From NCBI RefSeq assembly GCF_009931435.1, contig NZ_CP043414.1: 64,000 bases of DNA, one strand, 5' to 3'. A program made the position numbers and the translations under genes. Within the stretch, counting starts at the first letter, position 1, and every line of letters begins with the position of its first letter. This document shows positions 1 to 16,269 of this stretch, piece after piece. A model generated the notes under the pieces. It worked only from the letters and a program-made list of their open reading frames with translations, did not search any database and was not told the DNA's origin. Source of the DNA: Escherichia coli. GTDB taxonomy: Bacteria; Pseudomonadota; Gammaproteobacteria; Enterobacterales; Enterobacteriaceae.

Positions 1-282
1 CGATCGGTAAAACTCCGCCAGTTGCACGCCACGTCCGGCCAGTTGAAACAGCCCAACATCGAGATCAATGACCTGACGTACCGACCCCATATCGTGACGC
101 CGCTGCTGTTGTACTAACCAAACAGGTTCCCCCTGCCATTCGCCGATTTGTAGTGCGCGCTGACCCACAAGATCGAAATTTGCCGCTTCGCCATATGGCA
201 ATTCTCCCTTCGGCAACCATAATTTTTGTTCATGGCTGACGACCCACCAGCCGTGATCTAATTTTTCAATTATACGATCCAT
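1..282 (-). CDS. nudC: NADH pyrophosphatase NudC, N-terminal portion (gene continues beyond window start)
   Basis: Reverse-strand translation from the ATG at about 280-282 reads [42 protein letters not shown]..., matching the NudC N-terminus as I recall it; no stop before the window edge. Confidence 0.8.
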
Positions 283-376
283 AGCTCTTGCACTACCTTT
301 GCATCACTGGCATGTTTAACATGGTTTTTACATTTCTCACTGAGCAGTTTTTGAATACAAACTTGCGGAGTCAATC

Positions 377-853
377 ATGCTTAACCAGCTCGATAACCTG
401 ACGGAGCGCGTCAGAGGAAGTAACAAACTGGTTGATCGCTGGCTACATGTACGTAAGCATCTGCTCGTGGCTTACTACAATCTGGTTGGCATTAAGCCTG
501 GCAAAGAATCGTACATGAGGCTAAACGAAAAAGCCCTTGATGATTTTTGTCAGAGCCTGGTCGATTACTTGTCTGCCGGACATTTCAGTATTTATGAGCG
601 CATTCTTCATAAACTGGAAGGCAATGGGCAACTCGCACGCGCCGCGAAGATTTGGCCACAACTCGAAGCCAATACCCAACAGATTATGGATTACTACGAT
701 TCCAGCCTGGAAACCGCTATCGATCATGATAATTACCTTGAGTTTCAACAGGTTTTATCTGACATCGGCGAGGCCCTGGAAGCGCGCTTTGTGCTGGAAG
801 ATAAGCTGATTCTGCTGGTGCTTGACGCCGCCCGCGTCAAACATCCTGCTTGA
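377..853 (+). CDS. rsd: Regulator of sigma D (anti-sigma-70 factor Rsd)
   Basis: 158 aa ORF MLNQLDNLTERVRGSNKLVDRWLHVRKHLLVAYYNLVGIKPG...; matches Rsd; conserved position upstream of the thi operon. Confidence 0.93.
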   Translation: MLNQLDNLTERVRGSNKLVDRWLHVRKHLLVAYYNLVGIKPGKESYMRLNEKALDDFCQSLVDYLSAGHFSIYERILHKLEGNGQLARAAKIWPQLEANTQQIMDYYDSSLETAIDHDNYLEFQQVLSDIGEALEARFVLEDKLILLVLDAARVKHPA

Positions 854-911
854 GTTCTGCGCTGTTAACGCGTAATTTACATTCAACGCCCCGTTTGCGG
901 GGCTAATTTCT

Positions 912-1000
912 TGTCGGAGTGCCTTAACTGGCTGAGACCGTTTATTCGGGATCCGCGGAACCTGATCAGGCTAATACCTGCGAAGGGAACAAGAGTTAAT
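912..1000 (+). promoter_or_regulatory. TPP (THI-box) riboswitch aptamer in the thiC leader
   Basis: Conserved THI-element motifs CTGAGA ... CCTGATC ... GCTAATAC ... CGAAGGGAA lie 90-170 nt upstream of the thiC ATG. Confidence 0.8.
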
Positions 1001-1082
1001 CTGCTATCGCATCGCCTTTGCGGCGATCGTCTCTTGCTTCATCCGTCGTCTGACAAGCCACGTCCTTAACTTTTTGGAATGA

Positions 1083-3608
<2,526 letters not shown>

Positions 3609-3616
<8 letters not shown>

Positions 3617-4364
3617 CCGTGACTTTATGCGTTATAGCCGCCAAATCCTGCTCGACGATATCGCTCTTGACGGGCAGCAAAAACTGCTCGACAGCCAGGT
3701 GCTGATTATTGGTCTTGGCGGGCTGGGTACACCTGCTGCGCTATACCTGGCGGGGGCTGGTGTCGGGACGCTGGTACTGGCAGATGACGACGATGTGCAT
3801 TTAAGCAATCTGCAACGACAAATCCTCTTTACCACTGAAGATATCGATCGCCCGAAATCGCAGGTCAGCCAACAGCGACTGACACAGTTGAATCCCGACA
3901 TTCAACTGACAACATTACAACAACGGTTAACGGGTAAGGCGTTAAAAGATGCGGTAGCACGGGCCGATGTGGTGCTCGACTGTACCGACAACATGGCGAC
4001 TCGCCAGGAGATTAATGCCGCCTGCGTAGCACTTAACACACCGCTTATCACCGCCAGCGCGGTCGGATTTGGTGGTCAGTTGATGGTGCTGACACCGCCC
4101 TGGGAACAGGGGTGTTACCGCTGCCTGTGGCCGGATAACCAGGAGCCTAAACGCAACTGCCGCACGGCAGGCGTGGTTGGCCCGGTGGTCGGGGTCATGG
4201 GCACGTTACAGGCACTGGAAGCAATTAAGCTATTGAGTGGTATAGAGACCCCTGCGGGATATCTTCGACTGTTTGACGGTAAATTAAACCAATGGCGCAA
4301 CCTGGCGTTGCGCCGCGCCAGCGGTTGCCCGGTATGCGGAGGAAGCAATGCAGATCCTGTTTAA
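3609..4364 (+). CDS. thiF: Sulfur-carrier protein adenylyltransferase ThiF
   Basis: Internal ATG of track ORF 3516..4364 gives [27 protein letters not shown]... (251 aa) with the GLGGLG nucleotide-binding motif; start chosen by homology. Confidence 0.93.
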
Positions 4365-4548
4365 CGATCAACCGATGCAGTGCGTCGCCGGGCTAACTGT
4401 TCACGATCTGCTCGTGCAACTCAATCAACAACAAGCGGGCGCGGCGCTGGCGATTAACCAGCAAATCATCCCGCGAGAGCAGTGGGCGCAACATATCGTG
4501 CAGGATGGCGACCAGATCCTGCTTTTTCAGGTTATTGCAGGGGGTTGA
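4348..4548 (+). CDS. thiS: Sulfur carrier protein ThiS
   Basis: 66 aa [25 protein letters not shown]... ending in the characteristic C-terminal GG. Confidence 0.93.
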   Translation: MQILFNDQPMQCVAGLTVHDLLVQLNQQQAGAALAINQQIIPREQWAQHIVQDGDQILLFQVIAGG

Positions 4549-4549
4549 G

Positions 4550-5320
4550 ATGTTACGTATTGCGGACAAAACGTTTGATTCACATCTGTTTACCGGCACC
4601 GGGAAATTCGCCTCTTCACAATTGATGGTGGAGGCGATCCGCGCTTCCGGCAGCCAACTGGTGACGCTGGCGATGAAACGCGTCGACTTGCGCCAGCACA
4701 ACGATGCTATCCTCGAACCGCTTATCGCGGCGGGTGTGACCCTGCTGCCGAATACTTCCGGGGCGAAAACAGCGGAAGAAGCCATTTTCGCCGCCCATCT
4801 GGCACGTGAAGCATTAGGCACAAACTGGCTAAAATTAGAGATTCACCCTGACGCCCGCTGGCTGTTGCCCGATCCCATCGAAACCCTGAAAGCCGCCGAA
4901 ACACTGGTACAACAGGGATTTGTCGTGCTGCCTTACTGCGGTGCCGATCCGGTGTTGTGCAAACGTCTGGAAGAAGTCGGCTGTGCAGCGGTGATGCCGC
5001 TCGGCGCGCCGATTGGCTCGAATCAGGGACTGGAAACCCGCGCCATGCTGGAGATTATTATCCAGCAAGCCACGGTTCCGGTGGTCGTTGATGCTGGCAT
5101 TGGCGTTCCCAGCCATGCCGCGCAGGCGCTTGAAATGGGAGCCGATGCGGTGTTAGTGAATACGGCGATTGCCGTCGCGGACGATCCCGTCAACATGGCG
5201 AAGGCATTTCGTCTGGCGGTAGACGCCGGCCTGCTGGCACGTCAGTCCGGGCCGGGCAGTCGCAGTCATTTTGCTCATGCCACTAGCCCGCTGACCGGAT
5301 TTCTGGAGGCATCGGCATGA
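4550..5320 (+). CDS. thiG: Thiazole synthase ThiG
   Basis: [20 protein letters not shown]... (256 aa), using the internal ATG of track ORF 4505..5320 directly after the thiS stop. Confidence 0.94.
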   Translation: MLRIADKTFDSHLFTGTGKFASSQLMVEAIRASGSQLVTLAMKRVDLRQHNDAILEPLIAAGVTLLPNTSGAKTAEEAIFAAHLAREALGTNWLKLEIHPDARWLLPDPIETLKAAETLVQQGFVVLPYCGADPVLCKRLEEVGCAAVMPLGAPIGSNQGLETRAMLEIIIQQATVPVVVDAGIGVPSHAAQALEMGADAVLVNTAIAVADDPVNMAKAFRLAVDAGLLARQSGPGSRSHFAHATSPLTGFLEASA

Positions 5321-6450
5321 AAACCTTCAGTGATCGCTGGCGACAACTGGACTGGGACGACATCCGCCTGCGAATCAACAGCAAAACGGCAGCTGACGTA
5401 GAGCGGGCGCTCAATGTTTCGCAACTCACTCGCGACGATATGATGGCATTGCTATCACCTGCCGCCGGTGAATACCTGGAACCACTGGCTCAACGGGCGC
5501 AGCGTCTGACCCGTCAGCGATTTGGCAACGTCGTCAGCTTCTACGTCCCGCTTTATCTTTCCAATCTTTGCGCTAACGACTGCACGTACTGCGGATTTTC
5601 CATGAGCAATCGCATCAAGCGTAAAACGCTGGATGAAGCGGATATCACCAGGGAAAGCGCCGCTATCCGGGAGATGGGCTTTGAACATCTATTGCTGGTC
5701 ACTGGTGAACATCAGGCGAAAGTGGGGATGGATTACTTTCGTCGTCATCTCCCTGTCCTGCGTGAACAGTTCTCTTCACTACAGATGGAAGTACAGCCAC
5801 TGGCGGAAGCGGAATACGCCGAGTTAAAGCAACTTGGTCTGGATGGGGTGATGGTTTATCAGGAGACATATCACGAGGCGACATACGCCCACCATCATCT
5901 GAAAGGGAAAAAACAGGACTTCTTCTGGCGGCTGGAAACGCCGGATCGGCTGGGCCGTGCGGGGATAGATAAGATAGGCCTCGGCGCGCTAATCGGCCTT
6001 TCCGACAGCTGGCGCGTTGACTGCTATATGGTTGCCGAACATTTGCTATGGCTGCAACAACATTACTGGCAAAGCCGTTACTCTGTCTCCTTCCCGCGCC
6101 TGCGCCCGTGTACTGGCGGGATTGAGCCAGCGTCGATTATGGATGAACGCCAGTTAGTGCAAACTATCTGCGCCTTCCGCCTACTTGCGCCGGAGATTGA
6201 ACTGTCACTCTCCACGCGGGAATCACCGTGGTTTCGCGATCGCGTTATTCCGCTGGCGATCAATAACGTCAGCGCCTTCTCGAAAACGCAACCTGGTGGC
6301 TATGCCGACAATCATCCGGAGCTGGAGCAATTCTCACCGCACGACGATCGCAGGCCGGAAGCCGTTGCTGCTGCATTAACTGCTCAGGGTTTGCAGCCGG
6401 TATGGAAAGACTGGGACAGCTATCTGGGACGTGCCTCGCAAAGGACATGA
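5317..6450 (+). CDS. thiH: 2-iminoacetate synthase ThiH (radical SAM)
   Basis: 377 aa ORF with the radical-SAM CxxxCxxC motif ([10 protein letters not shown]); ATGA overlap with thiG. Confidence 0.95.
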   Translation: MKTFSDRWRQLDWDDIRLRINSKTAADVERALNVSQLTRDDMMALLSPAAGEYLEPLAQRAQRLTRQRFGNVVSFYVPLYLSNLCANDCTYCGFSMSNRIKRKTLDEADITRESAAIREMGFEHLLLVTGEHQAKVGMDYFRRHLPVLREQFSSLQMEVQPLAEAEYAELKQLGLDGVMVYQETYHEATYAHHHLKGKKQDFFWRLETPDRLGRAGIDKIGLGALIGLSDSWRVDCYMVAEHLLWLQQHYWQSRYSVSFPRLRPCTGGIEPASIMDERQLVQTICAFRLLAPEIELSLSTRESPWFRDRVIPLAINNVSAFSKTQPGGYADNHPELEQFSPHDDRRPEAVAAALTAQGLQPVWKDWDSYLGRASQRT

Positions 6451-6642
6451 GACAGAATGTAAGAACGTAAATTTATTCCGAGCAGCTACGGAAGATGAAA
6501 AACGCAAGGTTGTTGAAAGCGTTGCGTTTTTTTATGTTAGTACCGTCAGCAGGAATGTTGTCCAGGGCGAAAAGCTTCTTCCTCGTTTCGCCCTGCCTTT
6601 CTTAATATTTCCCATGAAGAATTTGCCCTCTGAATAACACCC

Positions 6643-6672
6643 ATAAAAAAACCCGCCGAAGCGGGTTTTTAC
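6643..6672. terminator. Bidirectional rho-independent terminator between thiH and rpoC
   Basis: AAAAAAACCCGCCGAAGCGGGTTTTT: GC-rich hairpin flanked by an A-tract and a T-tract, sited between two convergent genes. Confidence 0.8.
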
Positions 6673-6691
6673 GTTATTTGCGGATTAACGA

Positions 6692-9600
6692 TTACTCGTT
6701 ATCAGAACCGCCCAGACCTGCGTTCAGCAGTTCTGCCAGGCTGGCAGATGCGTCTTCTGCAGTCACCTGCGGTGCAGCCGGAGCTTCACCCGCAGCACGG
6801 CGACGCATACGATCCTGGTGGTACGCGTAACCGGTACCTGCCGGGATCAGACGACCTACGATAACGTTCTCTTTCAGGCCGCGCAGTTCGTCGCGTTTGC
6901 CCGCAACGGCTGCTTCGGTCAGCACGCGAGTGGTCTCCTGGAACGATGCCGCGGAGATGAAGGACTCGGTTGCCAGAGACGCTTTGGTGATACCCAGCAG
7001 ATCGCGGGAGTAAGTTGCACCCACTTTGCCGTTCGCTTCCAGTTCGCGGTTTGCGATCTTGACGCGAGAGTATTCAACCTGTTCGCCTTCCAGGAAGTCG
7101 GAGCTGCCCGCGTTAACGATGGTAGCTTTACGCAGCATCTGACGAACGATAACTTCGATGTGTTTATCGTTAATCTTAACGCCCTGCAGACGGTATACGT
7201 CCTGTACTTCGTTAACGATGTAACGAGTCACAGCATGAACACCACGCAGACGCAGAATGTCATGCGGCGCTTCCGGACCGTCGGAAATTACGTCACCACG
7301 TTCTACACGTTCACCTTCGAACACGTTGAGCTGACGCCATTTCGGAATCATCTCTTCGTACGGCTCGCTACCGTCTACCGGGGTGATAACCAGACGACGT
7401 TTACCTTTGGTTTCTTTACCGAAGGAAACCACACCGCTGATTTCAGCCAGGATTGCCGGCTCTTTCGGACGACGTGCTTCGAACAGGTCCGCAACGCGTG
7501 GCAGACCACCGGTGATGTCCTTGGTACCGCCAGATTCTTGCGGAATACGCGCCAGGGTGTCACCAGAGCTGATCTGTACGCCATCTTCCAGCTGAACAAT
7601 CGCTTTACCCGGCAGGAAGTACTGCGCAGGCATGTCGGTACCCGGGATCAGAACGTCGTTACCCTGAGCATCAACGATTTTCAGTGCCGGACGCAGATCT
7701 TTACCACCTGCGGTACGTTCTGCGGAATCCAGAACCACCAGCGAAGACAGACCGGTCAATTCGTCGGTCTGACGAGTAATGGTCTGGCCGTCGATCATGT
7801 CAGTAAAGCGTACAAAACCGCTTACTTCGGTGATAACCGGCATGGTGTGCGGGTCCCAGTTTGCAACGGTCTCGCCGCCAGCAACCTGTTCGCCATCGCC
7901 TTTCGCCAGTACTGCACCGTAAGGCACTTTATAGCTTTCTTTGGTACGACCGAATTCGTCGATCAATTTCAGTTCGGTGTTACGGGAAGTGATAACCAGT
8001 TTGCCGCTGGAGTTCACAACCGACTTCACGTTGCTGAGCTTGATGCTACCTTTGTTTTTCACCTGGATGCTGGATTCAGCAGCCGCACGAGATGCCGCAC
8101 CACCGATGTGGAACGTACGCATGGTCAGCTGTGTACCCGGTTCACCGATGGACTGTGCCGCGATAACACCGATTGCTTCACCTTTGTTGATGATGTGGCC
8201 ACGTGCCAGGTCACGACCGTAGCAGTGCGCACATACACCAAAGTCGGTGTCACAAGATACAACAGAACGTACTTTAACCGCGTCGACAGAGTTCTCTTCC
8301 AGCAGGTCACACCACTGTTCGTGCAGCAGCGTGTTGCGCGGAACCAGGATATCAGCAGTACCCGGTTTAAGAACGTCTTCAGCAGTTACACGACCCAGTA
8401 CGCGATCGCGCAGCGGCTCTTTAACATCACCACCCTCGATAACCGGCGTCATCATGATACCTTCATGGGTACCACAATCGTCTTCGGTTACCACCAGGTC
8501 CTGCGCAACGTCAACCAGACGACGAGTCAGGTAACCGGAGTTCGCCGTCTTCAGTGCGGTATCCGCCAGACCTTTACGAGCACCGTGGGTTGAGATGAAG
8601 TACTGGAGTACGTTCAGACCTTCACGGAAGTTCGCGGTGATTGGCGTTTCGATGATGGAGCCATCCGGCTTCGCCATCAGACCACGCATACCCGCCAGCT
8701 GACGAATCTGTGCCGCAGAACCACGCGCACCGGAGTCGGCCATCATGTAGATGCTGTTGAAGGAAACCTGCTTCTCTTCCTGACCGTCACGGTTAATAAC
8801 GGTTTCAGTTTGCAGGTTATCCATCATCGCTTTGGATACACGATCGTTCGCCGCAGCCCAGATATCGATAACTTTGTTGTAGCGTTCGCCCGCAGTTACC
8901 AGACCAGACTGGAACTGCTCCTGAATCTCAGCAACTTCAGCTTCTGCCTCGGAGATGATTTCGTGTTTCTTCTCCGGGATGACCATGTCATCGATACCAA
9001 CAGATGCACCAGAACGCGCTGCATATGCAAAGCCGGTGTACATGATCTGGTCCGCAAAAATAACGGTCGGTTTCAGACCGAGAATGCGGTAGCAGGTGTT
9101 CAGCATTTTGGAGATTGCTTTCTTACCCAGCGCCTGGTTGACGATGGAGTAAGGCAGACCTTTCGGTACAATCATCCACAGAATGGCACGGCCAACGGTC
9201 GTATCTTTCAGGCTGGTTTTCGCTACTAATTCACCGTTAGCATCTTTTTCATACTCGGTGATACGCACTTTAACGCGCGCATGCAGAGAAGCCAGACCAG
9301 AGCGATACAGACGTTCTGCTTCTTTCGGGCCAGTCAGTACCATGCCTTCGCCTTTGGCGTTAACACAGTCACGGGTCATGTAGTACAGACCCAATACAAC
9401 GTCCTGAGACGGAACGATGATTGGTTCGCCGTTCGCCGGGGACAGGATGTTGTTGGTAGACATCATCAGCGCACGCGCTTCCAGCTGGGCTTCCAGTGTC
9501 AGCGGTACGTGAACAGCCATCTGGTCACCATCGAAGTCGGCGTTATATGCCGCACAAACCAGCGGGTGCAGCTGGATAGCTTTACCTTCGATCAGTACCG

Positions 9601-10915
9601 GTTCAAATGCCTGGATACCCAGACGGTGCAGAGTCGGTGCACGGTTCAGCAGTACCGGGTGTTCGCGGATAACTTCGTCCAGGATATCCCAAACGACAGC
9701 TTCTTCGCGCTCAACCATTTTCTTCGCAGCTTTAATGGTGGTAGCAAGACCACGCAGTTCCAGCTTGCCGTAGATGAACGGTTTGAACAGTTCCAGTGCC
9801 ATTTTCTTCGGCAGACCGCACTGATGCAGACGCAGGTATGGACCTACGGTGATTACAGAACGACCGGAGTAGTCAACACGCTTACCGAGCAGGTTCTGAC
9901 GGAAACGACCCTGTTTACCTTTGATCATGTCGGCCAAAGATTTCAGAGGACGCTTGTTAGAACCGGTGATCGCACGACCGCGACGACCGTTATCCAACAG
10001 GGCGTCTACCGCTTCCTGCAGCATACGTTTTTCATTACGTACGATGATGTCCGGCGCAGCCAGATCCAGCAGACGTTTCAGACGGTTGTTACGGTTAATG
10101 ACGCGACGATACAGATCGTTCAGGTCAGAAGTCGCGAAACGACCACCATCCAGCGGAACCAGCGGACGCAGATCTGGCGGCAGTACCGGCAGAACGGTCA
10201 GGATCATCCACTCTGGTTTGTTACCAGACTGAACGAACGCTTCCAGCAGTTTGATACGCTTGGTCAGCTTCTTACGCTTAGTTTCGGAGTTGGTTTCGTT
10301 CAGCTCTTCACGCAGCTGTTCGCACTCTTGCTCCAGATCCATGCTCTTCAGCAGAGCCTGGATTGCTTCCGCACCCATTTTCGCGTCGAATTCGTCACCG
10401 AACTCTTCCAGCGCGTCCAGATACTGCTCTTCAGTCAGGATCTGCTGACGCTCCAGGTTGGTCATACCGCCTTCGATAACCACATAGGATTCGAAGTACA
10501 GTACGCGTTCGATATCGCGCAGCGGCATATCGAGCAGCAGGCCGATACGGGACGGCAGCGATTTCAGGAACCAGATGTGCGCGGTCGGGGAAGCCAGTTC
10601 GATGTGGCCCATACGCTCACGGCGTACTTTAGTCTGGGTCACTTCAACGCCGCACTTCTCACAGATGACGCCACGGTGTTTCAGGCGCTTGTACTTACCG
10701 CACAGGCACTCGTAATCTTTTACCGGCCCAAAGATACGGGCGCAGAAAAGGCCGTCACGTTCTGGTTTGAACGTACGGTAGTTGATGGTTTCCGGCTTTT
10801 TAACTTCACCGAAAGACCATGAACGGATCATGTCTGGCGAAGCCAGAGCAATTTTGATCGCATCAAACTCTTCGGTTTTAGTCTGCGCTTTCAGAAACTT
10901 TAATAAATCTTTCAC
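6692..10915 (-). CDS. rpoC: RNA polymerase beta-prime subunit
   Basis: 1407 aa [36 protein letters not shown]... with NADFDGDQM catalytic motif. Confidence 0.99.
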   Translation of the reverse strand: MKDLLKFLKAQTKTEEFDAIKIALASPDMIRSWSFGEVKKPETINYRTFKPERDGLFCARIFGPVKDYECLCGKYKRLKHRGVICEKCGVEVTQTKVRRERMGHIELASPTAHIWFLKSLPSRIGLLLDMPLRDIERVLYFESYVVIEGGMTNLERQQILTEEQYLDALEEFGDEFDAKMGAEAIQALLKSMDLEQECEQLREELNETNSETKRKKLTKRIKLLEAFVQSGNKPEWMILTVLPVLPPDLRPLVPLDGGRFATSDLNDLYRRVINRNNRLKRLLDLAAPDIIVRNEKRMLQEAVDALLDNGRRGRAITGSNKRPLKSLADMIKGKQGRFRQNLLGKRVDYSGRSVITVGPYLRLHQCGLPKKMALELFKPFIYGKLELRGLATTIKAAKKMVEREEAVVWDILDEVIREHPVLLNRAPTLHRLGIQAFEPVLIEGKAIQLHPLVCAAYNADFDGDQMAVHVPLTLEAQLEARALMMSTNNILSPANGEPIIVPSQDVVLGLYYMTRDCVNAKGEGMVLTGPKEAERLYRSGLASLHARVKVRITEYEKDANGELVAKTSLKDTTVGRAILWMIVPKGLPYSIVNQALGKKAISKMLNTCYRILGLKPTVIFADQIMYTGFAYAARSGASVGIDDMVIPEKKHEIISEAEAEVAEIQEQFQSGLVTAGERYNKVIDIWAAANDRVSKAMMDNLQTETVINRDGQEEKQVSFNSIYMMADSGARGSAAQIRQLAGMRGLMAKPDGSIIETPITANFREGLNVLQYFISTHGARKGLADTALKTANSGYLTRRLVDVAQDLVVTEDDCGTHEGIMMTPVIEGGDVKEPLRDRVLGRVTAEDVLKPGTADILVPRNTLLHEQWCDLLEENSVDAVKVRSVVSCDTDFGVCAHCYGRDLARGHIINKGEAIGVIAAQSIGEPGTQLTMRTFHIGGAASRAAAESSIQVKNKGSIKLSNVKSVVNSSGKLVITSRNTELKLIDEFGRTKESYKVPYGAVLAKGDGEQVAGGETVANWDPHTMPVITEVSGFVRFTDMIDGQTITRQTDELTGLSSLVVLDSAERTAGGKDLRPALKIVDAQGNDVLIPGTDMPAQYFLPGKAIVQLEDGVQISSGDTLARIPQESGGTKDITGGLPRVADLFEARRPKEPAILAEISGVVSFGKETKGKRRLVITPVDGSEPYEEMIPKWRQLNVFEGERVERGDVISDGPEAPHDILRLRGVHAVTRYIVNEVQDVYRLQGVKINDKHIEVIVRQMLRKATIVNAGSSDFLEGEQVEYSRVKIANRELEANGKVGATYSRDLLGITKASLATESFISAASFQETTRVLTEAAVAGKRDELRGLKENVIVGRLIPAGTGYAYHQDRMRRRAAGEAPAAPQVTAEDASASLAELLNAGLGGSDNE

Positions 10916-10991
10916 GGATTTGCTCCCGTCGGAGTTAGCACAATCCGCTGCCGGGTTTTACCCCGACAGCAGTGACCTGTTTGAGCGAGAA

Positions 10992-13900
10992 TTACTCGTC
11001 TTCCAGTTCGATGTTGATACCCAGCGAACGAATCTCTTTCAACAATACGTTGAAGGATTCTGGCATGCCCGGCTCCATCTGATGGTTGCCGTCCACGATG
11101 TTTTTATACATCTTGGTACGACCGTTCACGTCATCAGACTTAACGGTGAGCATTTCCTGCAGGGTGTATGCTGCGCCGTATGCTTCCAGCGCCCACACTT
11201 CCATCTCCCCGAAACGCTGACCACCGAACTGTGCCTTACCACCCAGCGGCTGCTGAGTAACCAGGCTGTAAGAACCGGTGGAACGCGCGTGCATCTTGTC
11301 GTCGACCAGGTGGTTCAGTTTCAGCATGTACATGTAACCCACGGTTACCGGACGTTCGAACTGTTCACCAGTGCGACCGTCGTACAGGCGGATCTGACCA
11401 GAAGTCGGCAGGTCGCCAAGTTTCAGCAGTTCTTTAATTTCTGCTTCTTTCGCACCGTCGAAGACCGGCGTTGCGATTGGCATACCTTTGCGCAGGTTTT
11501 CAGCCAGACGCATAACTTCTTCATCGCTGAAGGTACTCAGGTCAACTTTCTGACGAACGTCAGCGCCCAGATCGTATGCACGCTGGATGAATTCGCGCAG
11601 TTTCGCGACTTCTTGCTGCTGTTTCAGCATGGCGTTGATCTTGTCGCCGATACCTTTCGCAGCCATACCCAGGTGGGTTTCGAGGATCTGACCGATGTTC
11701 ATACGAGACGGTACGCCCAGCGGGTTCAGTACGATGTCTACCGGCGTACCGTTTTCATCGTAAGGCATATCTTCGATCGGGTTGATCTTAGAAATTACAC
11801 CCTTGTTACCGTGACGACCTGCCATCTTGTCACCAGGCTGGATACGGCGTTTAACCGCCAGATATACCTTAACAATCTTCAGCACGCCCGGTGCCAGATC
11901 GTCGCCCTGGGTGATTTTGCGGCGTTTCGCTTCGAGTTTCTTCTCGAACTCGTGTTTCAGTTCGTCATATTGCTCAGCCAGCTGTTCCAGCTGATTTTGT
12001 TTCTCTTCGTCGGTCAGGCCCAGCTCCAGCCAGCGATCGCGCGGCAGTTTGTCGAGCTTCTCAGCTTCAACGCCACCGGCTACCAGCACAGCACGGATAC
12101 GGCTGAACAGACCCGCTTCGAGGATCTGCAGTTCTTCAGACAGGTCTTTCTTCGCCTGTTTGAGCTGCATTTCTTCGATTTCCAGCGCACGTTTGTCTTT
12201 TTCTACGCCATCGCGAGTAAAGACCTGAACGTCGATAACCGTACCGGATACACCGTTTGGTACACGCAGAGAAGAGTCTTTAACGTCAGACGCTTTCTCA
12301 CCGAAGATCGCACGCAGCAGTTTCTCTTCTGGAGTCAGCTGGGTTTCACCTTTCGGCGTTACCTTACCAACCAGAATGTCGCCACCGGTCACTTCCGCAC
12401 CAATGTAAACGATACCGGATTCATCCAGTTTGGAGAGCGCAGCTTCACCTACGTTCGGGATGTCAGCAGTGATCTCTTCTGGCCCCAGCTTGGTGTCACG
12501 GGACACACATGCCAGTTCCTGAATGTGGATGGTGGTGAAACGGTCTTCCTGAACAACACGCTCGGATACGAGGATGGAGTCTTCGAAGTTGTAACCATTC
12601 CACGGCATGAACGCTACGCGCATGTTCTGACCGAGCGCCAGTTCACCGAGGTCGGTGGACGGACCGTCTGCCAGCACGTCGCCGCGCTCTACCGGTTCAC
12701 CCAGAGACACACACGGCATCTGGTTGATACAGGTGTTCTGGTTAGAACGGGTGTATTTGGTCAGGTTGTAGATGTCGATACCCGCTTCGCCCGGATACAT
12801 CTCGTCTTCGTTAACTTTGATAACGATACGGGAAGCATCCACGTACTGAACGACACCACCACGTTTAGCAACCGCAGTTACACCGGAGTCAACGGCAACA
12901 GCACGTTCCATACCCGTACCAACCAGCGGCTTATCAGCACGCAGAGTCGGAACGGCCTGACGTTGCATGTTCGCACCCATCAATGCACGGTTGGCGTCAT
13001 CGTGTTCAAGGAACGGGATCAGGGACGCACCGACGGATACCACCTGCTGGGTGGATACGTCCATGTAGTCAACCTGGTCGCGGCTGAACAAGCTGGATTC
13101 GCCTTTGCTACGGCAAGTTACCAGGTCTTCTACGAAGTGGCCTTCTTCATCCAGGTTGGAGTTCGCCTGGGCGATAACGTAGTTGCCTTCTTCGATAGCA
13201 GACAGGTAGTGAATTTCGTCGGTTACAACACCGTCGATCACTTTACGGTACGGCGTCTCAAGGAAGCCATATTCGTTAGTCTGTGCGTACACGGACAGGG
13301 AGTTGATCAGACCGATGTTCGGGCCTTCAGGAGTTTCGATTGGACATACGCGACCGTAGTGAGTCGGGTGTACGTCTCGAACTTCGAAGCCTGCACGTTC
13401 ACGGGTCAGACCGCCTGGGCCGAGTGCGGAGATACGACGCTTGTGCGTAATCTCAGACAGCGGGTTGTTCTGGTCCATAAACTGAGACAGCTGGCTGGAA
13501 CCAAAGAACTCTTTCACTGCTGCGGAAATCGGTTTGGCGTTGATCATATCCTGAGGCATCAGGGTATCCAGATCGCCCAGAGACAAACGCTCTTTCACCG
13601 CACGCTCTACACGTACCAGGCCAACGCGGAACTGGTTTTCCGCCATTTCGCCAACGGAACGGATACGACGGTTACCGAGGTGGTCGATATCATCGACTTC
13701 GCCTTTACCGTTACGGATATCGATGAGCTTTTTCATAACATCAATGATGTCGTCTTTGCTCAGGATACCGGAACCTTCGATTTCGTCGCGTAGCAGAGAG
13801 CGGTTGAACTTCATACGACCAACCGCAGACAAGTCATAGCGGTCTTCAGAGAAGAACAGGTTCTCGAACAGGCTTTCAGCGGCTTCACGAGTCGGCGGCT

Positions 13901-15020
13901 CGCCAGGGCGCATCATGCGGTAGATTTCTACCAGTGCGCTCAGACGATCGTTAGTTGGGTCGACACGTAAGGTTTCAGAGATATACGGGCCGTGATCCAG
14001 ATCGTTGGTGAACAGCGTTTCGATACGCTTGTGACCAGACTGGCTCAGCTTAGCCAGCAGATCCAGGCTCAGCTCCATGTTCGCAGCACAGATCAGCTCG
14101 CCGGTAGACTCATCAATATAGTCTTTAGCAACCACTTTACCTGCGATGTACTCAACCGGGACTTCGATCAGTTTGACGTCGTCTTTTTCCAGCTGGCGAA
14201 TGTGGCGCGCAGTAATACGGCGGCCTTTTTCTACGTACACTTTACCGTTAGCTTCGATGTCGAAAGATGCGGTTTCACCACGCAGGCGTTCCGGCACCAG
14301 TTCCATCTGCAGCTTGTTATCACGGATTTCAAAGATAACTTTTTCAAAGAACAGGTCGAGGATCTGCTCTGTGGTGTAGTTCAGGGCACGCAGAATGATG
14401 GTCGCAGGCAGTTTACGGCGACGGTCGATACGTACGAACAGGTTGTCCTTCGGATCGAATTCGAAGTCCAGCCAGGAACCACGGTAAGGGATGATGCGCG
14501 CGTTATACAGCACTTTACCCGAAGAGTGGGTTTTACCTTTGTCGGAGTCAAAGAAGACGCCCGGACTACGGTGCAGCTGGGAAACGATAACACGCTCAGT
14601 ACCGTTGATAACAAAGGTACCGTTGTCCGTCATGAGCGGAATTTCGCCCATGTAGACTTCTTGTTCTTTAATGTCTTTTACGGTGCCTTCCGGCGCTTCG
14701 CGCTCATAGATCACCAGACGCAGTTTAACGCGCAGCGGTGCGGAATAGGTCACGCCACGGATTTGACATTCCTGGACGTCAAACACCGGTTCGCCAAGGC
14801 GGTAGCTGACGTATTGCAGCTCGGAATTACCGCTGTAGCTCTGAATCGGGAATACGGAACGGAAAGCAGCTTCCAGACCATACTGCCCTTCAGGATCTTG
14901 CTCGATAAATTTCTGAAACGAGTCAAGCTGGATAGAAAGGAGATAAGGTACATCCAGAACTTGTGGACGTTTACCAAAATCCTTACGAATACGTTTTTTC
15001 TCGGTATAGGAGTAAACCAT
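10992..15020 (-). CDS. rpoB: RNA polymerase beta subunit
   Basis: Track ORF 10992..15053; true start taken at [31 protein letters not shown]... (1342 aa); rifampicin-resistance cluster I reads as wild type ([30 protein letters not shown]). Confidence 0.98.
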   Translation of the reverse strand: MVYSYTEKKRIRKDFGKRPQVLDVPYLLSIQLDSFQKFIEQDPEGQYGLEAAFRSVFPIQSYSGNSELQYVSYRLGEPVFDVQECQIRGVTYSAPLRVKLRLVIYEREAPEGTVKDIKEQEVYMGEIPLMTDNGTFVINGTERVIVSQLHRSPGVFFDSDKGKTHSSGKVLYNARIIPYRGSWLDFEFDPKDNLFVRIDRRRKLPATIILRALNYTTEQILDLFFEKVIFEIRDNKLQMELVPERLRGETASFDIEANGKVYVEKGRRITARHIRQLEKDDVKLIEVPVEYIAGKVVAKDYIDESTGELICAANMELSLDLLAKLSQSGHKRIETLFTNDLDHGPYISETLRVDPTNDRLSALVEIYRMMRPGEPPTREAAESLFENLFFSEDRYDLSAVGRMKFNRSLLRDEIEGSGILSKDDIIDVMKKLIDIRNGKGEVDDIDHLGNRRIRSVGEMAENQFRVGLVRVERAVKERLSLGDLDTLMPQDMINAKPISAAVKEFFGSSQLSQFMDQNNPLSEITHKRRISALGPGGLTRERAGFEVRDVHPTHYGRVCPIETPEGPNIGLINSLSVYAQTNEYGFLETPYRKVIDGVVTDEIHYLSAIEEGNYVIAQANSNLDEEGHFVEDLVTCRSKGESSLFSRDQVDYMDVSTQQVVSVGASLIPFLEHDDANRALMGANMQRQAVPTLRADKPLVGTGMERAVAVDSGVTAVAKRGGVVQYVDASRIVIKVNEDEMYPGEAGIDIYNLTKYTRSNQNTCINQMPCVSLGEPVERGDVLADGPSTDLGELALGQNMRVAFMPWNGYNFEDSILVSERVVQEDRFTTIHIQELACVSRDTKLGPEEITADIPNVGEAALSKLDESGIVYIGAEVTGGDILVGKVTPKGETQLTPEEKLLRAIFGEKASDVKDSSLRVPNGVSGTVIDVQVFTRDGVEKDKRALEIEEMQLKQAKKDLSEELQILEAGLFSRIRAVLVAGGVEAEKLDKLPRDRWLELGLTDEEKQNQLEQLAEQYDELKHEFEKKLEAKRRKITQGDDLAPGVLKIVKVYLAVKRRIQPGDKMAGRHGNKGVISKINPIEDMPYDENGTPVDIVLNPLGVPSRMNIGQILETHLGMAAKGIGDKINAMLKQQQEVAKLREFIQRAYDLGADVRQKVDLSTFSDEEVMRLAENLRKGMPIATPVFDGAKEAEIKELLKLGDLPTSGQIRLYDGRTGEQFERPVTVGYMYMLKLNHLVDDKMHARSTGSYSLVTQQPLGGKAQFGGQRFGEMEVWALEAYGAAYTLQEMLTVKSDDVNGRTKMYKNIVDGNHQMEPGMPESFNVLLKEIRSLGINIELEDE

Positions 15021-15263
15021 AGGGTTCCTCAGCTCGCTGACAAGTCGACCCATCTGTCCATTGAGCGGACAGTTTGTGCAACACTATTTTGTTGACCGGA
15101 AAATGGAACACTTTCCGCAATGCCTGTTGCTATCACGCTTAAACCATTTCATTGCGATTTACACAGAACGGGCGTCCTGTCGCAGTATATTAAGTCGTCG
15201 ATAGAAACAAGCATTGAAAGGCACAGCAGTAGTCAAACAGTGTGAAACGCTACTGGCGCCTTA

Positions 15264-15300
15264 CAGCGCAAAAAGGCTGGTGACTAAAAAGTCACCAGCC
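15264..15300 (-). terminator. rplL-rpoB intergenic attenuator (partial terminator)
   Basis: Hairpin GGCTGGTGACT-loop-AGTCACCAGCC followed by a U-run on the transcribed strand, in the known attenuator position between rplL and rpoB. Confidence 0.7.
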
Positions 15301-15339
15301 ATCAGCCTGATTTCTCAGGCTGCAACCGGAAGGGTTGGC

Positions 15340-15705
<366 letters not shown>

Positions 15706-15771
15706 TTAAATTGTTCCTGAATATCAGAATAAGTTTATACGTAAGCGAATGCGTTAAAAAGATAACTGCGA

Positions 15772-16269
15772 TTAAGCAGCTTCTTTCGCATCGCGTACAG
15801 CAGCCAGAGTACGAACCAGTTTGCCAGCCGAAGCTTCTTTCATGGTTGCCATCAGGCGTGCAATTGCTTCTTCGTAGGTCGGCAGAGTTGCCAGGCGGTC
15901 GATCTGAGACGCCGGGATCAGCTCACCTTCAAAGGCAGCGGCTTTGACCTCAAATTTTGCATTCGCTTTCGCGAACTCTTTGAACAGACGAGCAGCTGCG
16001 CCCGGGTGTTCCATAGAGTATGCAATCAGGGTCGGACCAACAAACGCGTCTTTCAGGCACTCGAACGGAGTACCTTCAACAGCACGGCGCAGCAGGGTGT
16101 TACGAACAACACGCATGTATACGCCAGCTTCGCGACCTGCTTTACGCAGTTCAGTCATTTTATCTACAGTTACGCCACGGGAATCCGCAACTACTGCAGA
16201 CAGCGCGCCTTTGGCTACTTCGCTGACTTCAGCAACAATCGCTTGTTTGTCTTGAAGATTTAAAGCCAT
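15772..16269 (-). CDS. rplJ: 50S ribosomal protein L10
   Basis: 165 aa [43 protein letters not shown]... Confidence 0.98.

Noticed and set aside
6818-15095. Very long plus-strand ORFs (591, 513, 1003 and 367 aa) antisense to rpoC and rpoB
   Set aside because: They lie opposite two of the best-conserved genes in bacteria, whose translations match RpoC and RpoB end to end. Long antisense frames are a known artefact of strong codon bias in highly expressed GC-balanced genes, and the antisense translations are low-complexity (F/V/T/R-rich) with no recognisable domains.
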